A DNA stretch of 32,000 nucleotides from an uncultured bacterium (GTDB lineage: Bacteria; Patescibacteriota; Gracilibacteria; UBA1369; PNNO01). Shown here in pieces: positions 16,784-24,141 of this stretch. The notes under the pieces were generated by a model. The model did not search any database, was not told where the DNA came from, and saw nothing but the letters and a program-made list of their open reading frames with translations. The DNA lies in assembly GCA_963704705.1 (NCBI GenBank), contig OY969931.1:480001-512000 (forward strand), written 5' to 3'. The first letter of the stretch is position 1, and each line of letters opens with the position of its first letter. The position numbers and the translations under genes were made by a program.

Positions 16784-19015
16784 ATGAAATTAAGATATTT
16801 ACATATCATTGTGCCGCAGGGTGAAGAAGCTAATCCAAAAAAAGAACAGCTTTTTCAGCAATTTTTGAATAACCTCTACAGATCAACACAAAACAGACCT
16901 ATAGGTCTTGAAATATTTGGATATAAACAATATGCATATTTTTATATGGTTGTTCCAAATGATTTATATGCGCTTGTTGAAGGACTTGTTTACAGTTCTT
17001 ATCCGGGCTGCGAAATTAAAGAGAGTAAAGATTATTGCTCCTTTGCAATTAATAAAGGTTTAAAATTTGTAGGAACCAAGATTAAACTTAAACGAAGTGA
17101 TATTTATCCTATTTTAAATTTTGATGATTTTGAAGGGGATAGTTTATCTGGACTTTTTTCCGTTATTTCTAAAATTCAGCAGGATGAGCAGATTTGGATT
17201 CAGATACTTACCTCTCCTAAACCTGACAATTGGACATATCACATGGCTCGCAGATTCAGGATGTTTACGAACAAAATTAATCGTGTTTTTAGATTAAAAA
17301 ATTATATGCGCTTAAAAGGAAGAAAAGAATTTTTTACTGAAGAAAAAAACGCATTTATCCATAAAACCGAATCACATCCTTTTAAATTTGAAATTAGAAT
17401 TGCATGTTTTGCAGAAGACCGTAATAAAGCAGCTGGGAGGCTTGAAGCTGTTGCAAAGGCTTTCTATCAATTTAATAAAATTGATTTTAATGAGTTTACA
17501 ACAACTAGAAATACCAGTAGCAAGATTTTTTTAGAAAATTATATTAAGAGAAATTTAACCGATTCCCAGCTTATTAGTGCCAAGGAACTATCTACGCTAT
17601 ATCATTTCCCAAATGCTGATCATGTGCCGCATGTTGTACATGTTCTTTCAAAAAAAGCTGAAGCACCGCAGGATGTTCCTAAAAAAAGAGGCAAGGATGT
17701 AAGCTTTTTTGGTGTAACCAATTATCATAATAATTTTGATGAATTTGGTATAAGCCGTGAAGATCGCCGAAGACATTTGTATGTGGTAGGGAAGAGTGGT
17801 ACAGGAAAAAGTAAACTTCTTGAGTTATTTATTAGTGAAGATATTAAAAATGGTGAAGGTGTAGCGGTTTTGGATCCGCATGGTGATCTTGTTGATAATG
17901 TTGTAAGAATGATCCCAGAGCATCGAAAGAATGATGTTATTTATTTTGATCCGGGTGATACTGAATTCCCGGTTGCGTTTAACCCCCTTGTTAAAGTTGA
18001 TGAGACTCAAAAAATGCAAATGACTGTTGGTTTTATAAATATTTTTAAAAAATTATTCGGAAGCAACTGGAGCGACAGGCTTGAACATGTTTTACGTTAC
18101 ACAACTTTGGCGCTTTTGGATTCTCCAAATACAACAGTGCTTTCGATTCTAAAAATGCTTTCGGATAAAAATTATCGTCAAACAATCACAGCACGAATTA
18201 AAGACTCGGTTGTTAAAAATTTTTGGGTTAATGAATTTGCGGGTTGGAGCGAAAAATTTGATGCTGAAGCAATTACACCTTTATTAAATAAAGTAGGGCA
18301 GTTTGTTGCAACAAATATGATTCGAAATATTATTGGTCAGCCGGATAACAAGTTTGATATCAGAAAAGTAATGGATGAGAAAAAAATTCTGCTTATGAAA
18401 GTGTCTAAAGGGCTTTTAGGTGAGGAAAATTCAAATTTACTCGGGGCAATGATTGTAACCAAGATTTATCAGGCAGCAATGAGTAGAGCTGATACCCCTG
18501 AAGAACAACGTGAAGATTTCTATTTGTATGTTGATGAGTTCCAGAATTTTGCAACAGACACTTTTGAAGAAATTCTTTCCGAAGCACGAAAATACAAATT
18601 AAATTTAACCATTGCACACCAATTTGTTGGTCAACTTTCACCTACAATGATCAAAACCGTATTTGGTAATGTTGGCTCAATGCTCAGCTTTAGGGTAGGT
18701 GCAGAAGACGCACAGGTTCTTGAAAATGAATACACTCCTGTATTCAAAGTTCGGGATATTATTAATCTCGCGGTTCGTGATTTTTATATAAAGATGTCAG
18801 TTAACGGTGAAGTCCGCAAGCCATTCAGCGGTCGAACTCTAGATGTAGTTAAACCGCCCGAAGATTTCACCGAAGAAATTATTGCGAATTCACGCTCTAA
18901 TTACGCAACGCCTGTTAGCCGAGTTGAATCAATGCTTGAAAAATGGGATGAATCAGGCGAATTCGACCTTAAACCAGGGGAGGCAAATGAAGAGTTTGAG
19001 GAACCTTTAATTTAA
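16784..19015 (+). CDS. HerA/VirD4/TraD-like DNA-translocating ATPase (type IV coupling protein-like)
   Basis: VVGKSGTGKSKLLELFI Walker A, GVAVLDPHGDLVDNV, DFYLYVDEFQNFATDTFEEILSEARKYKLNLTIAHQFVGQL Walker B/TraM-recognition-like region. Confidence 0.88.
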   Translation: MKLRYLHIIVPQGEEANPKKEQLFQQFLNNLYRSTQNRPIGLEIFGYKQYAYFYMVVPNDLYALVEGLVYSSYPGCEIKESKDYCSFAINKGLKFVGTKIKLKRSDIYPILNFDDFEGDSLSGLFSVISKIQQDEQIWIQILTSPKPDNWTYHMARRFRMFTNKINRVFRLKNYMRLKGRKEFFTEEKNAFIHKTESHPFKFEIRIACFAEDRNKAAGRLEAVAKAFYQFNKIDFNEFTTTRNTSSKIFLENYIKRNLTDSQLISAKELSTLYHFPNADHVPHVVHVLSKKAEAPQDVPKKRGKDVSFFGVTNYHNNFDEFGISREDRRRHLYVVGKSGTGKSKLLELFISEDIKNGEGVAVLDPHGDLVDNVVRMIPEHRKNDVIYFDPGDTEFPVAFNPLVKVDETQKMQMTVGFINIFKKLFGSNWSDRLEHVLRYTTLALLDSPNTTVLSILKMLSDKNYRQTITARIKDSVVKNFWVNEFAGWSEKFDAEAITPLLNKVGQFVATNMIRNIIGQPDNKFDIRKVMDEKKILLMKVSKGLLGEENSNLLGAMIVTKIYQAAMSRADTPEEQREDFYLYVDEFQNFATDTFEEILSEARKYKLNLTIAHQFVGQLSPTMIKTVFGNVGSMLSFRVGAEDAQVLENEYTPVFKVRDIINLAVRDFYIKMSVNGEVRKPFSGRTLDVVKPPEDFTEEIIANSRSNYATPVSRVESMLEKWDESGEFDLKPGEANEEFEEPLI

Positions 19016-19169
19016 TAAGGTGTAATCCCGGCCCGGGCCAGGAAAGCCTAAATTGTGTATGAATATCTTTTTTTGTCAAATCCCTCCCCGGGGAGAGTAT
19101 ACCTAACAGACAACAAGTTAAAGTGTTGAGCAAATTCCCTCCCGGGAGGAATTTTGCTATAATCGCGAC

Positions 19170-19553
19170 ATGAAAAAAATCATATATCTTGTCGGCAACC
19201 TATTAGTTGAAGAAGACTCCCTTCCAATCAAGCTCAAACCCGAACTCGAAAAGCAATTTCCACAGTTCATCTTTCGTGAATATGACCCAACCGAAGATCT
19301 GCCGCAGGATACCGAAGATCTTATTATTATCGATACGGTTGAAGGTCTGAAAGAACCGCACATTTTCACCGACATCGATGCATTTGCATCGCAAAAAGCT
19401 TATTCAATGCATGATTTTGATCTTGGATGGAGCCTTAAGCTATACAAAAAACTAAGAATGTTTAAGACCCTCAAAATAATAGGGATGCCATCAAACAGAG
19501 AGATTAATGAAATTTTCAATAAACTTAAAGATTTGCTAAAAACAAATATTTAA
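19170..19553 (+). CDS. Probable M52 [NiFe]-hydrogenase maturation protease (HyaD/HycI/FrhD-like)
   Basis: YLVGNLLVEEDSLPIKLKPEL (GNxxxxxD), DLIIIDTVEGL, MHDFDLGWSLKLYKKL (candidate third metal ligand His); near hydrogenase genes. Confidence 0.75.
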   Translation: MKKIIYLVGNLLVEEDSLPIKLKPELEKQFPQFIFREYDPTEDLPQDTEDLIIIDTVEGLKEPHIFTDIDAFASQKAYSMHDFDLGWSLKLYKKLRMFKTLKIIGMPSNREINEIFNKLKDLLKTNI

Positions 19554-20371
19554 AGCTCTAATAAATTTTTTAAATAATTATAACCTCTCTTTACAATACT
19601 TTTTTCTTTTCTAAATAATGCCTTACTCGATTCCTGAATTTTTTTCACGGTTCCTTTCATTACACCTCGTGCTTTCTCTGATATTTCGTTAATTTGTTTG
19701 ACTTGAAAGTCAAACAAATCACTTTCAAGTTCTATTCCTTTTTTAATATTTTCTTTCATATGATTTAAAGTTATTTTTGCAGCTTTACCTGCCTGCTCTG
19801 CAGTGATTATGCCTGCTTTCACCAGTGCCTTATTAAGTTTTGTTATTATCGGAGGCGTGATGTTTTTAAGAAGTTCATTTTCAGTTACATTTTCTTTGAA
19901 ATCTTTAGTTAAATAAAACAATAATGGACTTGTTGTCCTATATGTATTGCTAGCGAGTTGTTTTGCTCTAACTGATCTTGGCGCATGGAATAATGGACCA
20001 CATATATCTTTTACTAAAGCCATATAAACCAGAGGACTTCCTTCTTTTAATATTGTACAACTATATGCTGCAATACGTCTTTGTTCTTTTGGTTTTGCTT
20101 TTAAAGGATCCTTGCTTTTAATTTTTTTCTGTAACGAAGGGTACATACTGCTATCTTTAGTCCCTAATTTAACAGCAACATCATAGGGGGTAAATTCATT
20201 AGCAATAATAGCTTTTTTATCAGCAGCATCTGTTGCTTTTTTTGCAAGTTGTGTGAGAATGGATTCATCAATGCAATTTTTGATTTTCTGCAATCTTTTT
20301 GCTTTGTCTTTAATTGCAAGAATTGCATTTGGGCCTTCTTGGCTTTGTGTGGGTTGTATTTCTGTATTCAT
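19550..20371 (-). CDS. Hypothetical protein
   Basis: 273-aa ORF with an upstream promoter-like TTGTGC - 17 - TATAAT (20406-20434, minus). Confidence 0.6.
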   Translation of the reverse strand: MNTEIQPTQSQEGPNAILAIKDKAKRLQKIKNCIDESILTQLAKKATDAADKKAIIANEFTPYDVAVKLGTKDSSMYPSLQKKIKSKDPLKAKPKEQRRIAAYSCTILKEGSPLVYMALVKDICGPLFHAPRSVRAKQLASNTYRTTSPLLFYLTKDFKENVTENELLKNITPPIITKLNKALVKAGIITAEQAGKAAKITLNHMKENIKKGIELESDLFDFQVKQINEISEKARGVMKGTVKKIQESSKALFRKEKSIVKRGYNYLKNLLEL

Positions 20372-20405
20372 TTTTATTTTATTAATTTTAATTAATTATA
20401 TATAA

Positions 20406-20434
20406 ATTATACAATAAAAATCAAATTTGCACAA
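20406..20434 (-). promoter_or_regulatory. Putative promoter of 19550-20371
   Basis: Minus strand TTGTGC - 17 bp - TATAAT. Confidence 0.4.
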
Positions 20435-20463
20435 GTGTGGTATATTTAAATATATAAATAATT

Positions 20464-20937
20464 TTAAATTTTACCCTCAAGGATAGAAGTATAATCTTTA
20501 AAACCGTGGCGCTTGTAGAAGCGTAGAGCGTGCTTGTTATTTGTGAAAAGTTCAACCTTCATTCGTTTAGCGCCGCGCTCTTTTAGCCATTTTTTGAATT
20601 CTTTGATTAGTTTTGTACCGATTTTAAGATTTCGATATCCATCAATAACAAACATATCGCCGAGCTGGCCAAGTTTATCAAGGGTTCTAAAGGCAGGGCT
20701 TTTAAAAAACCCGCCGCTTAAATATCCAACTGGTTCGCCGTCAACTTCCGCAATAATTGCAAAATTACTGCGTTCACTTACACGCATTTTAAAATAATCA
20801 GCGCATTTTTTACTTTTTGCCCATGTGATTTTATTTGTTGGATCAAAATTTTCATATTCCTCTTTCATCAAAAGATACATAAACTTTTGCATCAACTTAA
20901 TATCCTCTTGTTTTGCTTTACGAATTTTTACTTCCAT
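20464..20937 (-). CDS. GNAT-family N-acetyltransferase
   Basis: LGDMFVIDGYRNLKIGTKLIKEFKKWLKERGAKRMKVELFTNNKHALRFYKRHGFKDY. Confidence 0.9.
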   Translation of the reverse strand: MEVKIRKAKQEDIKLMQKFMYLLMKEEYENFDPTNKITWAKSKKCADYFKMRVSERSNFAIIAEVDGEPVGYLSGGFFKSPAFRTLDKLGQLGDMFVIDGYRNLKIGTKLIKEFKKWLKERGAKRMKVELFTNNKHALRFYKRHGFKDYTSILEGKI

Positions 20938-22240
20938 TAAAGTGCCAGTTTAGTTTCAAAAAGTGAGTTGCGCAGCTCATACATGGGTCGTATGCGCGAA
21001 TTAGTTTTTCAATTTCGAATCTAACATGATCTTTATCTAAATTCTCACCGTCTTTATCCAAATATGATTGAACGAGATGTCTGATATCATTTGAAATATT
21101 GATTTGATTTTGCGCTGTTGGCACAACAACTTCAGCACCCTGGACAATTCCTGCATCATCCAATTTAACATAATGATATAAAGTACCGCGCGGAGCTTCA
21201 ACTACACCAACTCCTTCACCTGCTTTAAGCGGAAGTTTTTCTTTTGCAGGCTGATCAAGTTTAAGATTTTCAAGAATTTCAATAGAATGGTCTATTGAAT
21301 GTAAAATTTCAATGGCCTGAGCCAGATTATTATGATAAACATCATTTGAAGGAAAGCGTGCTAAATATTTTGCTGCGTCTTTTTTTGTTTTTTCATGAAG
21401 AGCATCGCGATTAACATTCATTCTTGCTAATGCGCCAACCATATATTCATTGCCCTGCAAAGTGTAACCGAGGGCAGTTGAATATGGGATTACAACTTCT
21501 TTTAACTGGTTTCTGAAATGTTCTTCGGGCACACAAAAACCGCCTTCGCTGCATAAAGCAGGTCCTTCCAAAAAACTGAAATCATCAGTTTTTAAGCCAA
21601 CAAATCGCGTTTCGCGTTTTAAACTGAATTCACAATTATCAAATATTTCCATTGCCAAGAATATTTTATCGCGAACTCCTTTTAATTCTTCAATAACTTT
21701 GGCAATTTCTTCTGTTGTTGGCAGTTTTACAAAACCGCCCGGCATTGGAAATGGTGCATGAACAGCACGTCCTCCAATCATTGTAGATAAATTGTTACCG
21801 GCTCTTTTTAAATCAAACATATCATGTAAAAGCTGGCTTTCTTTTTCATCATGTTCATCAAAATCCAATATAGAATCTTTACCTATTACATCAGGTAAAG
21901 CGAAAACATATAAATGAAGTGCATGATCACGAATCATTAAACCGTATGTAAGAAGCTTTCTAAGAGTTGTAGTTTGTTCTGATGGTTTGAACCCCAGAGC
22001 ATCTTCAACAGCTTCAATAGCAGCTAGCAAATGTGCGATACTGCATGTTCCGCAAATTCGCGAAAGTAGCTGTGGCACTTGCAAAAAAGGTTTACCTAAA
22101 ATTGCTTTTTCAAAAAATCTCTTATTTTCCATTATCATAAATTTCACGTCCTGAATTTTGCCGTCTTCAATTACAACATCCATATCAAGATGACCTTCGA
22201 TTTTTGATAAACCGTCGATGTTTATATTAATTTGATGCAT
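20918..22240 (-). CDS. [NiFe]-hydrogenase large (catalytic) subunit
   Basis: L1 motif RICGTCSIAH (RxCGxCxxxH); L2 motif DPCMSCATH followed by the extension FLKLNWHFNGSKNS; start MHQININIDGLSKIEGH. Confidence 0.93.
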   Translation of the reverse strand: MHQININIDGLSKIEGHLDMDVVIEDGKIQDVKFMIMENKRFFEKAILGKPFLQVPQLLSRICGTCSIAHLLAAIEAVEDALGFKPSEQTTTLRKLLTYGLMIRDHALHLYVFALPDVIGKDSILDFDEHDEKESQLLHDMFDLKRAGNNLSTMIGGRAVHAPFPMPGGFVKLPTTEEIAKVIEELKGVRDKIFLAMEIFDNCEFSLKRETRFVGLKTDDFSFLEGPALCSEGGFCVPEEHFRNQLKEVVIPYSTALGYTLQGNEYMVGALARMNVNRDALHEKTKKDAAKYLARFPSNDVYHNNLAQAIEILHSIDHSIEILENLKLDQPAKEKLPLKAGEGVGVVEAPRGTLYHYVKLDDAGIVQGAEVVVPTAQNQINISNDIRHLVQSYLDKDGENLDKDHVRFEIEKLIRAYDPCMSCATHFLKLNWHFNGSKNS

Positions 22241-22754
22241 TTTTGTGGTTAACTATTGAGTCGTCTTCAGGAATCACTCCGAATTCATGAAGATATTTAT
22301 CCATGGCTTTTACAAATTCGGTTTCAATCATCGGGCATCCCGGTACTTTATCATCAACCTGTACAATTTCGTGCAATGCCAATACTTTTTTGCTTTGATG
22401 AAATTGTAAAAGATAAGGAGCGATTTCTTCTTTCATTTCTTCACTGAAATTGTTTCGGTGGCCTGTTGGAAGCCCTGTAACAGCACATGATCCTATTGCA
22501 ACAATATATTTAGAATTCTCGCGGATTTTTTTAAGTTTTTCAGTATCGCGGTCTGAACAAATTGCGCCTTCAACAAATGCAACGTCAATATCGCTAAGCT
22601 CATTTTTGCTTTTTAAAACATTGCAATGTCTGAATTCCAGAATTTTCTTCCATGCCAACAGATGATCATTGAGCATCTCAGTGAACATAATTGTTGAATC
22701 TTCACAGCAAGTGAATGAAAACCAGCCGATTTTGAGTTTTTTTTGTTCAGACAT
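22227..22754 (-). CDS. [NiFe]-hydrogenase small subunit (NuoB-like single 4Fe-4S type)
   Basis: KKLKIGWFSFTCCEDSTIMFTEMLNDHL, VAFVEGAICSDRD, AIGSCAVTGLP, VPGCPM. ORF track starts at 22796; MSEQKK start (22754) preferred. Confidence 0.9.
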   Translation of the reverse strand: MSEQKKLKIGWFSFTCCEDSTIMFTEMLNDHLLAWKKILEFRHCNVLKSKNELSDIDVAFVEGAICSDRDTEKLKKIRENSKYIVAIGSCAVTGLPTGHRNNFSEEMKEEIAPYLLQFHQSKKVLALHEIVQVDDKVPGCPMIETEFVKAMDKYLHEFGVIPEDDSIVNHKNASN

Positions 22755-22779
22755 CAAATCATATTTTACATAAAAATAT

Positions 22780-24141
22780 TTAAAAGTACAGATCACGCTG
22801 GCCCTCTTCTATAAATTTAAGACGTTCGATTGTTTTTTTGCGAACACTTTCAGAAGGTATTTGATCTACATATTTTTCAATGATTTTTAATCCTTTTGTC
22901 TTGGTGCGATCTTCCGCATAATCTTCCAAATATTCTTTTAAAGTTAAAATCGCATTTGGCCTGCAAAAATTATGTATTTCACCTGGCTTAGCAATATCCA
23001 TAAAATCCTGACCGGTTCTTCCCAATCTATAACAAGCAGTACAAAAACTTGGGAGCAAGCCTTTATCCATAATATCTTCAATGACTTCATCGACTGTGCG
23101 CTCATCTGAAGTTGTAAACTGATTGAGTTCAGGGTTTTTTCCATATCCCCCTGGAGAAGTACGCGAAGCAGCTGAACTTTGAGAAATGCCTATTTCAAAA
23201 GCTTTCTGCCTTATTTCGGGCCTTTCTCTTGTTGAAATAATCATGCCGGTATATGGAACCGCCATTCTTAAAATAGCTATAATTTTCAGAAGTTCTTCTT
23301 CACTTACAGCATGCGGCCATTTGTCTTTAACTGTTGGCGCAGGCTGAAGCCGCGGAACAGAAAAAGTATGAGGTCCAACGCCATAAGTTTTATCCAAATA
23401 AAAAGCATGAGAAAGCAAAGCGAGTGTGTCATATTTCCAGTCATACAAGCCATAAAGAACACCTAAGCCAATATCATCAATTCCGCCTTTAAATGCTTCG
23501 TCGTGAGCATTGAGTTGTCTTTCGTAATCACCCTTAAGGCCTTTGTGAAGTTTTTTGTAAGTCGGTCTGTGATAAGTTTCCTGAAATAATTGATAAGTTC
23601 CGATTCCAATTTCTTTTAATTTTGCGTAATTTTCAGCTGTTGTTGCAGCAATATTTACATTTACCCTTCGTATTTCGCCTTTGCCCTCCTTAACTGAATA
23701 AATTGTTTTGATTGTATCAACAACATAATCAATAGGGTTATTGATGGGATCTTCACCAAATTCAAGGAGCAAACGTTTATGTCCCATTCTAATTAGCAAT
23801 CTTGTTTGTTCTTCAACTTCTTCGAGTGTAAGTTTTTTTCTTTTACACTTATTCCTTGCATGAAATCCGCAATATTCACAGTCATTTACACAAAAATTTG
23901 AAATATAAAGTGGGGCAAAAAGCACCAGTCGCTCGCCATAAATCTCTTTTTTGATATACCAAGCTGTTTCAAACATTCTCGCTTCGTGTTTTTTATCTGC
24001 ATTCATTAACATCGCGGCTTCTTTAAGCCCGATTCCCTTCATTTTTTTTGCTTTATTTAGAATGATTTCAACCTGTTCATCAGTTGGATTTTGCGTTTCT
24101 TCGAGTATTTTTTCTATGATTTCGTGATCGAATTGTTTCAT
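22780..24141 (-). CDS. hydG: Radical SAM tyrosine lyase HydG ([FeFe] H-cluster maturase)
   Basis: ISNFCVNDCEYCGFHARN (CX3CX2C); SFCTACYRLGRTGQDFMDIAKPGEIHNFC (CX2CX22C, the HydG auxiliary cluster site); PNAILTLKEYLEDYA. Confidence 0.95.
   Translation of the reverse strand: MKQFDHEIIEKILEETQNPTDEQVEIILNKAKKMKGIGLKEAAMLMNADKKHEARMFETAWYIKKEIYGERLVLFAPLYISNFCVNDCEYCGFHARNKCKRKKLTLEEVEEQTRLLIRMGHKRLLLEFGEDPINNPIDYVVDTIKTIYSVKEGKGEIRRVNVNIAATTAENYAKLKEIGIGTYQLFQETYHRPTYKKLHKGLKGDYERQLNAHDEAFKGGIDDIGLGVLYGLYDWKYDTLALLSHAFYLDKTYGVGPHTFSVPRLQPAPTVKDKWPHAVSEEELLKIIAILRMAVPYTGMIISTRERPEIRQKAFEIGISQSSAASRTSPGGYGKNPELNQFTTSDERTVDEVIEDIMDKGLLPSFCTACYRLGRTGQDFMDIAKPGEIHNFCRPNAILTLKEYLEDYAEDRTKTKGLKIIEKYVDQIPSESVRKKTIERLKFIEEGQRDLYF

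Noticed and set aside
22256-23144. ORFs opposite or nested in the hydrogenase small subunit and hydG
   Set aside because: Overlap genes with clear catalytic motifs in the sense frame.
22780-24141. Assignment of the radical SAM protein as ThiH
   Set aside because: It has the HydG-specific C-terminal CX2CX22C motif, there are no thiamine genes nearby, and it is paired with a HydE-like partner.
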